Positions 39,201 through 47,183 are shown, counted from the stretch's first letter. The stretch: DNA of 64,000 bases from Oscillospiraceae bacterium (GCA_015065605.1 SVPZ01000001.1:14132-78131), one strand, 5' to 3'. Numbers and translations are program-made. The notes: a model not told the origin generated them from the letters alone.

Positions 39201-39871
39201 TAAGGGACGGAAATTGTGTTCTTACAACCGCCCGTATTAACGATACAGATTTTGTTGGCAGCGAACTTTCTACCTTCTGGCATATGATTTATCAGTACGG
39301 TTATTGCGAAATCAACTGTAAATTGAGCGCACCTCCTTCACATTCGGGTTGGTGGATGAACGGCGCTGCTACGGGTTCTTCAAGTTTTGTAAATCTTTTC
39401 GGCAGAGAATCAAGAGGCTGTATGACAGAATACGACCTTATCGAAAACTTCGGTATACATAATTATTATGCGGCTAATATTCACTATTGGTGGGGTTCAA
39501 CCGGAAATAACGACAAGGGACATTCGAGCCTTGACGGTGTTTCGGATGCAGTTGCTAAAAATCAGTACTACGTTCCCGATGCTGATGAGGTTGATATGTA
39601 TTCAAATTATCATATATTAACTTTCCTATGGGAAAATGATAAAATTGTATTTGCGCTTGACGGTATTAAGTTCTATGAATTTAATAATAACAGCACCTAT
39701 TACGACCGTATGCCTAACTATATTAACTTGGGTCAAGGTATGGGAGGCAAAAATTACGGTAAGGGTTATGATAAAAACGTGCATAGCGATTATTACGAAA
39801 CATTGCTTGATTACGTAAGAATTTATCAAATGGAAAGTATGGGTAGCCGTATGGTCTGGGCAAACTATTAA
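33299..39871 (+). CDS. giant secreted multi-modular protein (~2190 aa), tandem paralog of the preceding gene with the same architecture and a C-terminal GH16-like domain
   Basis: It starts at MELQYFKKILSVIISILIIFGVCIIPADLTARA after a ggaga RBS. It is colinear with gene 1 throughout, with the same 7+6 module order. The C-terminus carries ENFDGTQLNPVLWG, WWMNG, TEYDLIEN, YHILTFLWE and LLDYVRIYQ. Confidence 0.85.
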   Translation: MELQYFKKILSVIISILIIFGVCIIPADLTARAVTYLSDKIYDFEKDSGTLYSGTLNDSLGVEREISRAHFAVSDDYNLEISNQLQITNASTSGYLFNDNSGFFELRPSSTYSVSMRIKVASSQVTFKKGSVNYPLNSQNTELRLAYGMPKTNASNKITMDADLGLVAKIGTNTSAFTASQNGSESTYEIGRWYEFVYQFTTPETFGDNGNVLGFSLKSFNGINILIDDIRVSYVSNITLIASPGTVSKSVVATKIGDKINLENAKYKFGYEFEGWFYDAACTKKFTDEYYTEENASLTLYAGYSETHFGFEGFVNCSKYGLGTQFLTIKESEDAFSGKNYLHYHYTSEYYNQIYSGSVEEGNVVYYSSRRQQRENNIPLKIVKPYTSYVVTFKYNVKEGASAINFFMATGHDNIWVPEVYKSYEESKVVITDKNAGEWMTARLAFTTDALETQNGCRATVAYIMLHATMNKDTEVFIDDIRIEEVKGNADVTLNANGGNFKNGETIKSVTTVVGDYVDTIEAPIREDYDFAGWYFDENCTKPVDTNKVDGSIYLNTIYAGWSRDIDFEGYYYDLESDNRENYLSKNVSIVKENVKKGSFSAKLVNSGSKRNVIALNPIDNNKARYLITFHYDLINANTDINVTFATMNYSINNANEVKMYEPIYKISTQEVESGYVMGAVIIETDFVNEKCNRLAMLVQGVDSGDYTIYFDTISVSMIGENKGYVILEDEKTGEHVVSVGAIGDNVIPEEPISINNKFLGWYKDKNCTQLYDGSITYSNDLTRIYADWVMGEGFENYTSTNQNVTVTLDPEDKYNKYLSLKNTVAFKIGEAESGKSYAVDLRYNLVSASEDVSVKVGSHTIKLSASLVGTGWHFITFYIPNATSAINFISSLNDASLLIDDVIVYEVTDKMSIVTFDQTDGYGEDNVRIGVKGTSLIRPEVPSHPTDAFFGWFTDSALKIPFVATEFPNDNVTVYGKWAKNPVTMVDFEDIDLNNPPYNATNSNMASITDYSKSSGKYSLLLDRTSEEEYMTYMPIFTKDGYVRLESNTTYAVSYRCYFPAYSSGNTIKFAFFSSNATYDSPEIVSSGLSCPYATSWRSQYTSFTTRDLGEDNYLYIAITGGNKKNKFYIDDIKITRIDEGRNHVFAYDPLGKKMYEADGNYGEVINYPNLTTTYYEVEGWYEDSALTVHHASGTHNEELITELTCRWVPKAINFDNYQYAESTSKYTVGDDISFSYAEAYDSLRSLKYCYAYTQNYFETSNNTAGLGRVDDDSTYKISFKYKLEEAQSDVDIKFLTAHLTNRWSFITDYDEATYRIYSGEIGNGWKTATVYLTTDFASIGTSGLFMTFNPVVEGETVLYVDALEIEFVKRDVAVAAYLDKDNRTVKYVEYSVGKTISSPDYIPASQFASFNGWFTDKERENKLETLTLSSGINYIYSGWIENSEKFDNYAYASNRNENYSQNNVVKDGVLTYNSANANNTVSDGFRIGKLNDNITYKISFDYKTSSVFNVKFASADEMNIGVNTTAYNDEGNFVETVADGQWHSATAYITTAFTYTVPKDNNVNNVENKKAEYGDMLYMYFEHENNVQISIDNISVSEIEILASLGSSVLTNEASEMAGSQALRFYFSYPTQDLITLKIDGKDFMLFERGVIFKNARNTATGEIVDDKVIVKPIILENANKDGYTCVSKTSLFNEYWRYDNKTESVVFSAYVKNFDITDSRLIGARGYIKVKDSDGKVYTFYSSDKKTSVKEGVNINNEITDKSEHTVSETALGEYTIVHPKLMPYIYGRQIEFLMDYAKSIHKIDFIRVTEKAKETDYEIVIGDTKREGSSLVTVDGEDKYVIAVRGTKLIIKGGSDLATMQGVKDFIDYLKMKDSLGCGADLKDGYTKYGKVSKTEDDYKLVLDENFDGTQLNPVLWGAYNNQTKNQYAQKNGTVYGGTYYTYCPTDGGYTTASGMVVDNALFVRDGNCVLTTARINDTDFVGSELSTFWHMIYQYGYCEINCKLSAPPSHSGWWMNGAATGSSSFVNLFGRESRGCMTEYDLIENFGIHNYYAANIHYWWGSTGNNDKGHSSLDGVSDAVAKNQYYVPDADEVDMYSNYHILTFLWENDKIVFALDGIKFYEFNNNSTYYDRMPNYINLGQGMGGKNYGKGYDKNVHSDYYETLLDYVRIYQMESMGSRMVWANY
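34008..37625 (+). repeat. six in-frame Flg_new-type coding repeats within giant gene 2
   Basis: Approximate positions are 34008-34215, 34770-34990, 35471-35670, 36035-36240, 36731-36935 and 37420-37625 (e.g. YEFEGWFYDAACTKKF...LYAGYS; YDFAGWYFDENCTKPV...IYAGWS). Confidence 0.75.
38998..39868 (+). other. GH16-like catalytic domain of giant protein 2
   Basis: The putative catalytic motif EYDLIE is encoded at 39428-39445. Confidence 0.75.
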
Positions 39872-39895
39872 TAATTAACAACTTTGTTTATCCCA

Positions 39896-39931
39896 TAAAA
39901 AAATGCAGTTCATAGAACTGCATTTTTTGAT
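39896..39931. terminator. bidirectional intrinsic terminator
   Basis: Hairpin atgcagttc-ata-gaactgcat flanked by A7 and T6. Confidence 0.85.
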
Positions 39932-39945
39932 TTTTATGGAAAATC

Positions 39946-40059
39946 TTAATCATTCATTTCTTTTGATTTTCTTTTGTTTTCATACATGGCGTTATCTGCG
40001 CGTTTAAATACGTCGTTAAAACAGGAATCCTTGTTTGGATAGGAGTGCGTATATTTTAT
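39946..40059 (-). pseudogene. remnant of the 3' end of a GGDEF (diguanylate cyclase) domain gene
   Basis: The minus-strand frame reads IKYTHSYPNKDSCFNDVFKRADNAMYENKRKSKEMND*, which fits the typical GGDEF C-terminal ...RAD.AMY..K... block. There is no start codon and an in-frame stop lies immediately upstream. It sits between the GH gene stop and the bidirectional terminator. Confidence 0.5.
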
Positions 40060-41960
40060 TTAGTTACCGTTAAAATCAAAGGCTGATTTGCCTCAATTTC
40101 AATGTTATTTTCGCTAATTTTTCCTTTGCCGTGGTATATCGAAAGGTTTTTATATCCTTTATTTAACGAGATTTCAGCGGACTGCTTTTCAGGACTGCAG
40201 TTCACTAAAACCAGAAGACGTGTGTTTTCATCTAAAATATGTTCTGTCATACTGATTTTAAGAGAATTGATTTTTGCGCATTTTTCGGTAGGAACGTATT
40301 TTGCAAATTCCTTATAAACTCGGTTGTAATTAGGTGCGTTATCTTTATGGTATGCGCCGGGCTTATCGAATAACCAATTCTCGATTTGAGCGGGTAACCA
40401 GAAAACTTTACCTTTGCCGTAGGAAGCAGAAACGTAAATGGGGTCACCGTTTTCGTCCTTTGCAAGTATGTCGCCGCCGTCCGGAATAAGCTTATATTCA
40501 GCGGCAGCTCCCACGGTAAATTTATCGCCATCGCCGAAATCAACCGTCTTAGTGCCGTTGATACGTGAACGGGTGTGAATTTTAACGCCGAAATCTTTTC
40601 CTAAATTACGTATAAGTCCGTTGCCTGTAGAAATGTAAAGTACGGCACCCTTTGATACTCTGTCCATAATTTTTGCAAGAGCGTCTGCTCGGATTGATTC
40701 TGCATCGGCAAGGGAAGGGATGATATAAAGGTTGCTTTCGGGGAATTCTTCGTTTGCAAAGCAGTATTCAATATCAAGTCCTGCCTGACGGGAAAGCAAG
40801 AAGGAATTATATGCAACCTTCCAACTTGACTGTCCTTTAGCGATTATGCATACACCGTCAACAATTCTTTTGGGAAGATTTTTTCCGAATTTATCCAAGA
40901 ATTTTTTGAAATCCTTGAATTCGGTAAGTCTTGCCTTGTCGGTACGGTCAGCCTTTAATACACCGTAGTTACTTGCGCGATTATTGGTATAGAACGGATA
41001 ATATGTAAGATGTCCTTGGTCGAAAGCTATCCACCAGAAATAACCTCTGCAGTCATAAGCCCAGGCGTTATATAAGCAACAACGGATATAATCCATTGTT
41101 GATTCTTCGTCTGCGTAAAGCTCACCGAAAGTACCGGTTTCTTCAATGATGCAAGGCTTACCGCCGATACCTCTGTAAAGAAGGGTTTGTGCGGCGGGGT
41201 GAAGCAGAGGACGGAAAGTGTTAATCGGGTCTATATCACTGCTATAGGTCGGAGAACCGTATGGATGAGTAGTTAAAATATCGGTGTTTTCCGCTTGGTC
41301 TTCAATTGTCCAAACTCCTTCACCGGGAGTTACGAGAGAGTGCATACCCGAAATAACGGGGCGGTTGTCAAGGGACTTAATAGCGTTGCTTACTGCAGCG
41401 GTCCAAAGCCAAGCGTCGTCGGCTTTAGATGCGATGCCAAGACAGTTACATTCGTTTCCAAGACACCAAGCTACAATTGCTTTGCTATCCTTAAAACGCT
41501 TTACAAAAGCACGTATAAAGCGGACTTCTTGCTTAATTGCAGAAGAATCGGTGATAAGGTCGCCCTTAATTGCTTCGGGCACGAAAAATCTTCCGCTCAT
41601 CCAACCTGTAAGTATGGAAGGGATTACGCTCACGCCGTTTTCTTCAGCAATTTCCAAGAACTTAGCAAATCGCGAAAACGCTTCTTCGTTAATTCCGCTC
41701 CATTCGTTGTTATCGGGAAGTAAGGTGGTGCCGTCGTTGTCGGAATAACCTCTGTTACCGCCTCTCCAACCTTTAATTTCTGTTATAGGCTGAAAATAAC
41801 TCCAATCGGGGAAAACACGAAGTAGAGTTATACCTGCATTTTTGAGAGCCTCGATATCCTTGCGCACACTTTCTTCATTCCAATTGCGCCACATACGAAT
41901 ACCTTCTTCGCTTGCCCAAAAATTTACACCGACGTTAAATTTGCCTTCTTCGTAAAACAT
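40056..41960 (-). CDS. cytoplasmic clan GH-A glycoside hydrolase (TIM barrel with a GH42-like C-terminal organisation)
   Basis: 634 aa with no signal peptide. WCLGNECN is a candidate acid/base NE motif and CIIEETG a candidate nucleophile E. Downstream alpha/beta and beta-sandwich regions resemble the beta-galactosidase trimerisation and C-terminal domains. The family is not resolved. Confidence 0.6.
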   Translation of the reverse strand: MFYEEGKFNVGVNFWASEEGIRMWRNWNEESVRKDIEALKNAGITLLRVFPDWSYFQPITEIKGWRGGNRGYSDNDGTTLLPDNNEWSGINEEAFSRFAKFLEIAEENGVSVIPSILTGWMSGRFFVPEAIKGDLITDSSAIKQEVRFIRAFVKRFKDSKAIVAWCLGNECNCLGIASKADDAWLWTAAVSNAIKSLDNRPVISGMHSLVTPGEGVWTIEDQAENTDILTTHPYGSPTYSSDIDPINTFRPLLHPAAQTLLYRGIGGKPCIIEETGTFGELYADEESTMDYIRCCLYNAWAYDCRGYFWWIAFDQGHLTYYPFYTNNRASNYGVLKADRTDKARLTEFKDFKKFLDKFGKNLPKRIVDGVCIIAKGQSSWKVAYNSFLLSRQAGLDIEYCFANEEFPESNLYIIPSLADAESIRADALAKIMDRVSKGAVLYISTGNGLIRNLGKDFGVKIHTRSRINGTKTVDFGDGDKFTVGAAAEYKLIPDGGDILAKDENGDPIYVSASYGKGKVFWLPAQIENWLFDKPGAYHKDNAPNYNRVYKEFAKYVPTEKCAKINSLKISMTEHILDENTRLLVLVNCSPEKQSAEISLNKGYKNLSIYHGKGKISENNIEIEANQPLILTVTK

Positions 41961-41979
41961 AGTTTATCCTCCTGACAGT

Positions 41980-43605
41980 TTATTCAATAGGTCTGATTCC
42001 TAAAGCCATAACAATATAGAACACCGCTACTGTTACCAATGAATATATAATCATAGGTATAACGTTTGTTTTTATGAGTTTTCCTTCTCTGCCGGAAATA
42101 CCTATTGTAGCGCTTGCGGCAACGGCGTTATTGATGCAAACCATATTACCGACTGCGGCGCCGACACATTGCATAGAAATAACGAAAACCGTAGGAATAC
42201 CCAGTGTTGTAGCTGCATTGTACTGTAGATTTGAAAACAGTGTCATGGAAACTGTTGCCGAACCCGATACAAAAGCGCCGAGAACACCGATAAACGGTGC
42301 AATTAAAATATACAACTTATCGCCGACTTTTGCAAGTGCATTTGCCATAGTATCAAGCATACTTGTATCAGCAGCATTTTTGAATTTTAAAATTTCAACT
42401 AAGGCTAAGCCGAACAACAGAGCTACTGCGGCGCCCGAAACCTGTTTTATGGTAGCAACCCATGATTCTTTTATTTGCTTAAAGTCCATTTTATGAATAA
42501 GATTTGTGATGAGTGCGACCAGTATAAAGAAAGTTCCGGGGAGATATGCCCATTTAAACGACCAGTCCAATTTATCAAATCCTAAAATATCGTTAACTTT
42601 AACTACGAAAGGTCCGCTTGTAAGAAAACTTTTAATAGGAAGCTGAGGAATTCGGGTTATTACAAGAATAACTGCAACTAAAATATAAGGGATCCATGCC
42701 TTTATCAGCGACATACGAGAGGCTTTTATAGGGGCGATTTTTGTGGTTGCAAGCCAACTGCTGTCCCATTCGGCAGGATTACCGAAATCCCATACCTTTT
42801 TAGGAGTGAGAAAGTTGTTTTTAGCGGCAACAACAGTTACTGCTATTGAAATAAGAGAAGCAAGCAGAGAAGCAAATTCGTAACCTATAAACAGAGAAAT
42901 CAGCAACAAGGGAATAGCAAAACTAAGTCCTGTAAATAAAGCGAACGGCGCTGCTTCAAGAGCGGGTTTAAATGATTTTTCTTTACTATAGAACTTTGTG
43001 GTCATAAGTAAAACAATTAGCGGAAGAAAAATTGCCATAACTGCGTGGGGAAGGGCAGTCCAAAAAGAAAAATCGGCAGTAAATGCGGCGTCACCGGTTT
43101 TTCCGAGTAACGTTAAACCTTGTGTTACGGGAGTGCCTACTGCACCAAAGGAAACGGCGGTTGAATCGAAAATTAAAGCAATCATAGCGGCTGCCATGGG
43201 AGGAAATCCTAGGCTTACCATAAGAGGACCGGCAAGAGCGGCAGGTGTACCAAATCCTGCGGCTGCTTCTATAAAAGAACAGAACGAAAAACCGATTATA
43301 CATGCCTGAACGCGTTTATCAGGGCTTATGTTCAAAAAACCGTGGTTAATAGCGGCGGTAGCTCCCGATGCTTTAAGGGTATTCATAAGTAAAATTGCGC
43401 CCAAAATAATAACAAGCACGTCTAATGAACTTATCATGCCAAAAAGAGAACTGCCAAGTAATGCCATAACGTCAATATCCCAAAAGAAAAATGCGAACAG
43501 TGCAGCCATTATCCATGATATAAGCAGACTATATTTAGCGGGCCAGTTAAATGCCATCATTAGAATAAGAGTAGTCAGAATGGGCAAGAAAGCCAAAATT
43601 GCCAT
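41980..43605 (-). CDS. LctP family (L-lactate/glycolate-type) permease
   Basis: 541 aa with about 12-14 TM helices. The N-terminus [27 protein letters not shown] and the overall pattern are typical of the LctP family. Confidence 0.75.
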   Translation of the reverse strand: MAILAFLPILTTLILMMAFNWPAKYSLLISWIMAALFAFFFWDIDVMALLGSSLFGMISSLDVLVIILGAILLMNTLKASGATAAINHGFLNISPDKRVQACIIGFSFCSFIEAAAGFGTPAALAGPLMVSLGFPPMAAAMIALIFDSTAVSFGAVGTPVTQGLTLLGKTGDAAFTADFSFWTALPHAVMAIFLPLIVLLMTTKFYSKEKSFKPALEAAPFALFTGLSFAIPLLLISLFIGYEFASLLASLISIAVTVVAAKNNFLTPKKVWDFGNPAEWDSSWLATTKIAPIKASRMSLIKAWIPYILVAVILVITRIPQLPIKSFLTSGPFVVKVNDILGFDKLDWSFKWAYLPGTFFILVALITNLIHKMDFKQIKESWVATIKQVSGAAVALLFGLALVEILKFKNAADTSMLDTMANALAKVGDKLYILIAPFIGVLGAFVSGSATVSMTLFSNLQYNAATTLGIPTVFVISMQCVGAAVGNMVCINNAVAASATIGISGREGKLIKTNVIPMIIYSLVTVAVFYIVMALGIRPIE

Positions 43606-43694
43606 AAAAATAACTCCTTAGTGAAAAAAATACAATAAAAGTGAAAAATATTTTCACTTTTTAAAAATTGTAGCAACGATTAAAGCCATAATTT

Positions 43695-43723
43695 ATAATA
43701 TTATAACCTTATATAAATGTCAA
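43695..43723 (-). promoter_or_regulatory. candidate sigma-A promoter of the permease/GH operon
   Basis: On the minus strand: TTGACA (43723-43718), a 17-nt spacer, then TATTAT (43700-43695). The region is AT-rich, so specificity is limited. Confidence 0.4.
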
Positions 43724-43872
43724 TATCAAAAAATTTGTATAAATGGTGAGAAAAATTAGTGTTTTTGATGAAAATAATTTTTAAATTGTGGGAAACTGAC
43801 GGTGAACACAGCATTATTCAACATTCTTTTGTATGGTATGACACAAAAGATTTGTAAAAATGCAAAAAGGAC

Positions 43873-43902
43873 TTGACAGTTGGGATATCTTTATAGTATA
43901 AT
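43873..43902 (+). promoter_or_regulatory. sigma-A type promoter of rpsU
   Basis: TTGACA (43873-78), an 18-nt spacer, then TATAAT (43897-902). Confidence 0.6.
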
Positions 43903-43952
43903 GTTGCCTGTAAATATATTACCCCTGCTATCAGGCGGAGGGAGGGAATTAT

Positions 43953-44129
43953 ATGAGTCAGGTTCGTATCAAAGAAAATGAATCACTTGATAATGCTTTA
44001 AGACGTTTTAAGCGCCAGACCGCAAAAGACGGCGTTATACAGGAAGTACGTAAGAGAGAACATTATGAAAAGCCTTCTGTAAAACGTAAGAAAAAGTCGG
44101 AAGCTGCACGTAAGCGTAAGTTCCGCTAA
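43953..44129 (+). CDS. rpsU: 30S ribosomal protein S21
   Basis: 58 aa: [61 protein letters not shown] ggagggagg. It falls below the ORF-track length cutoff. Confidence 0.95.
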   Translation: MSQVRIKENESLDNALRRFKRQTAKDGVIQEVRKREHYEKPSVKRKKKSEAARKRKFR

Positions 44130-44148
44130 TAAGTGATACTTAAAAATG

Positions 44149-44182
44149 AAAGCAGCCCGTTACGGCTGCTTTTGATTTTTTT
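44149..44182 (+). terminator. intrinsic terminator after rpsU
   Basis: Hairpin agcagcc-N6-ggctgct followed by tttgattttttt. Confidence 0.75.
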
Positions 44183-44193
44183 GAGGTGAAAGA

Positions 44194-44694
44194 ATGTTTA
44201 AACCTACAATGAAACTTCATCGTGTTACCGATATTTCGGTAGAACTTTGTGAAAATAAAAATATTAAGGCTATAGTTCTTGACGTCGATAATACGTTATC
44301 TACCCATCACGGTATGACCTTGGTTGAAGGTCTTCCTGAATGGATAAAATTAATGCAGGAAAACGGTATAAAACTTATAGTTCTTTCTAATTCCAAGGAA
44401 CGAAGAGTTAAGCCTTTTGCCGAAAAGATAGGTCTTGAATACGTTTCACTTGGTTGTAAACCGTTGCCTTTTTCTTATTTTACGGTAAAAAAGAGATTGG
44501 CGATTAAAAGAAAAGAAATAGTTGCGGTTGGCGATCAGATTTTTACCGACGTGCTTGGAGCAAAACTTTTTGGTATAAAAATTATCCTTACCGATTTGAT
44601 ACTTGCTGAAGATAAACCAAGTTTTATTCTCAGAAGAAAACTTGAAAGATTTTTACTTAAAAAAATGAAGGTGGAAAACGGATATGGCTGCTAA
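44194..44694 (+). CDS. yqeG: YqeG family HAD-IIIA phosphatase
   Basis: 166 aa with LDVDNTL, LSNS and GDQIFTD motifs. Size and motifs are typical of YqeG. Confidence 0.8.
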   Translation: MFKPTMKLHRVTDISVELCENKNIKAIVLDVDNTLSTHHGMTLVEGLPEWIKLMQENGIKLIVLSNSKERRVKPFAEKIGLEYVSLGCKPLPFSYFTVKKRLAIKRKEIVAVGDQIFTDVLGAKLFGIKIILTDLILAEDKPSFILRRKLERFLLKKMKVENGYGC

Positions 44695-45535
44695 ATTCGG
44701 CCCTGCGGGTACCTGTGATTTATTTAAAGAAAAGGGATATAAACATTCTCTGCAAATTCCTGAATTTTTGACTGAAATGGGTCTTGACCATTTTGAGTAT
44801 CAATGTGGCAGAGGCGTTAATATAGGTAAAGAAAAAGCGTTGGAATTGGGCGAAAAATTTAAAGAAGCAGGGAAAACTGTGTCTTTACACGCTCCTTATT
44901 ATATTTCTATGTCATCCGTAGAAGAGGAAAAACGCAGAAATTCGGTGAATTATATTTTAAGCAGTGCTGAAGCCGTTGATTTCCTTGGTGGCAACAGAAT
45001 AGTTGTTCACACCGGTTCTTGTTCTAAAATAAGCAGGGAAGAAGCGCTTGCCTTGGCTATCGAAACGCTTCATTGGTCTTTGGATGCTTTAAAGGAAGCA
45101 GGTCTTTCTAACGTTCATATCTGCCCTGAAACTATGGGAAAGATAAATCAACTTGGAACTCTTGACGAGGTTATAGCTCTATGTAAGGTTGATGAAAGTG
45201 TAATTCCTTGTATAGATTTCGGGCATCTTAACGCAAGAACTCAGGGAGAAGTGAATTCAAAAGAAGCTTTTGAAGGCATTTTGAATAGAATAGAAAATGA
45301 ACTTGGAGAATATAGACTTAAAAATTTCCATTCTCATTTTTCGAAAATTGAATATACTACCGGCGGAGAAAAACGCCATCTGACCTTTGAAGACAACCTT
45401 TACGGTCCCGAGTTCGAACCTTTAATGGAACTTGTTTATAAAAAAGGACTGTCGCCTATATTTGTTTGCGAATCGGCAGGAACTCAGGCTCTGGATGCTT
45501 TAAGTATGAAAAAACATTACGAAACCTTGGGGTAA
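44684..45535 (+). CDS. endonuclease IV family (xylose-isomerase-like TIM barrel) protein
   Basis: The HAPYYISM, VVHTGS, PETMGK, CIDFGHLNA and HSHFSKIEYT..GEKRHL blocks parallel the Nfo metal-binding blocks. Confidence 0.6.
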   Translation: MAAKFGPAGTCDLFKEKGYKHSLQIPEFLTEMGLDHFEYQCGRGVNIGKEKALELGEKFKEAGKTVSLHAPYYISMSSVEEEKRRNSVNYILSSAEAVDFLGGNRIVVHTGSCSKISREEALALAIETLHWSLDALKEAGLSNVHICPETMGKINQLGTLDEVIALCKVDESVIPCIDFGHLNARTQGEVNSKEAFEGILNRIENELGEYRLKNFHSHFSKIEYTTGGEKRHLTFEDNLYGPEFEPLMELVYKKGLSPIFVCESAGTQALDALSMKKHYETLG

Positions 45536-46591
45536 ATGATGATTAATCTTGATAAATATATTTCTTCCCGTACTGCAGTGCTTATTTGCACCGACGTTAA
45601 CCGTTTTTATTTAACAGGTGTTAAATCTTCTGCAGGATATTTCTTAAAAACAAACGTAGGGGATTTTCTCTTTGTGGACGGAAGATATTTTGAAATGGCA
45701 AATAAAACCGCGAAAAACGGTATAAAAGTTGTGCTTCTTTCACGTCTTTCAAAACAACTCAACGAAATAATCGAGCGTTTTAAAATAGAAACCCTTTTTA
45801 CCGAAACCGATATTACCGTTTCCTTTCTTAATTCTCTTTGTAGTATTATTAATTGTAAGATTACGCCACAGGAAAGTCTAAATGAAGAATTGCTTGTTGC
45901 CCGTAGTGTAAAAACTGAGGATGAAATTCAAAACGTAATATTTGCTCAACGTATAGCAGAAAACGCATTTAACGAACTTCTTAATTATATAAAGGTAGGC
46001 GTTACTGAAAAAGATATTGCTCTGTTTCTTGATTATGAAATGAGAAAGCGGGGAAGCGAAGGAGTTGCGTTTGAAACAATTGCAGTTTCCGGCAAAAATT
46101 CCTCTATGCCACACGGAGTTCCTACGGATAAACCTTTAAAAGAGGGGGATTTTTTGACCCTTGATTTCGGCGCCGTATATAAAGGATATCATAGTGATAT
46201 GACGAGAACTCTTGCTATAGGCTATGCAAGTGAAAAAATGCAAGAGGTTTATAATTTAGTGCTTTCTGCACAAGAAAGAGCTATTGAAAAGATTTCCGCA
46301 GGTGTTGCTTGTAAAAACGTTGATGCCGCCGCGCGAGATTTTATAACCAAGGCGGGATTCGGCGGCAACTTTAATCACAGCACGGGGCACGGCGTTGGTC
46401 TATGTATTCACGAATACCCAAATCTATCTAACAGAAACGATGCGAAGCTTACTGCAGGGCAGATTGTTACGGTAGAACCGGGTGTTTATATCGAAGGAGA
46501 ATTTGGCGTCAGAATAGAAGATATGATAGTTGTTAAGGAAAATGCAAGAGAAAACTTGACAAATTGTCCCAAAACGCTTATAATTCTATAG
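45536..46591 (+). CDS. M24B Xaa-Pro aminopeptidase/dipeptidase
   Basis: [36 protein letters not shown] and RIED are the pita-bread metal ligand blocks. Confidence 0.88.
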   Translation: MMINLDKYISSRTAVLICTDVNRFYLTGVKSSAGYFLKTNVGDFLFVDGRYFEMANKTAKNGIKVVLLSRLSKQLNEIIERFKIETLFTETDITVSFLNSLCSIINCKITPQESLNEELLVARSVKTEDEIQNVIFAQRIAENAFNELLNYIKVGVTEKDIALFLDYEMRKRGSEGVAFETIAVSGKNSSMPHGVPTDKPLKEGDFLTLDFGAVYKGYHSDMTRTLAIGYASEKMQEVYNLVLSAQERAIEKISAGVACKNVDAAARDFITKAGFGGNFNHSTGHGVGLCIHEYPNLSNRNDAKLTAGQIVTVEPGVYIEGEFGVRIEDMIVVKENARENLTNCPKTLIIL

Positions 46592-46625
46592 TAAATATTT
46601 TATTTCTATTTTTGGAGGAAAAATT

Positions 46626-47183
46626 ATGTTAAGTGCAGGAGATTTCAGAAACGGTCTTACTTTCGAAGAAGACGGTAACGTACTTCAGGTTGTTGAGTTT
46701 CAGCATGTAAAACCCGGTAAAGGTGCAGCGTTCGTAAGAACTAAGACCAGAAACGTTATTACCGGTGCTATTATTGAAAAGAGCTACAACCCAAGCGCTA
46801 AGTTCCCCGTAGCTTACGTTGAGCGTAAGGATATGGAATATTCTTATAACGACGGTGACCTTTACTACTTTATGGATCCTGAAACCTTTGAACTTGTTCC
46901 TGTAAACAAGTCCGAACTTGGCGAAGGCTTTAAATTCGTTAAAGAAACAATGATTTGTAAAATTCTTTCTTATAAGGGAAAGGTATTCGGTATGGAACCT
47001 CCTACATTCGTAGAACTTCAGGTTACCGAAACCGAACCCGGTTTCAAGGGCGATACTGCTACCAACGCAACCAAACCCGCTACTCTTGAAACAGGCGCAG
47101 AAATCAGAGTTCCTCTCTTTATAAATGAAGGAGATATGATCCGTATTGACACCCGTACCGGTGAATATATGGAAAGAGCATAA
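46626..47183 (+). CDS. efp: translation elongation factor P
   Basis: 185 aa with [19 protein letters not shown] and the [12 protein letters not shown] blocks. Confidence 0.96.
   Translation: MLSAGDFRNGLTFEEDGNVLQVVEFQHVKPGKGAAFVRTKTRNVITGAIIEKSYNPSAKFPVAYVERKDMEYSYNDGDLYYFMDPETFELVPVNKSELGEGFKFVKETMICKILSYKGKVFGMEPPTFVELQVTETEPGFKGDTATNATKPATLETGAEIRVPLFINEGDMIRIDTRTGEYMERA

Noticed and set aside
26629-39871. Possibility that the periodic repeats are a CRISPR array, satellite or other non-coding tandem repeat
   Set aside because: The periodicity exists at protein-module level only, with units of ~0.6-0.8 kb and low DNA identity between units. Both regions are single uninterrupted ORFs with coherent domain signatures.
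41284-41748. Two overlapping plus-strand ORFs (154 and 142 aa)
   Set aside because: Both are antisense within the clan GH-A glycosidase gene and have no motifs.
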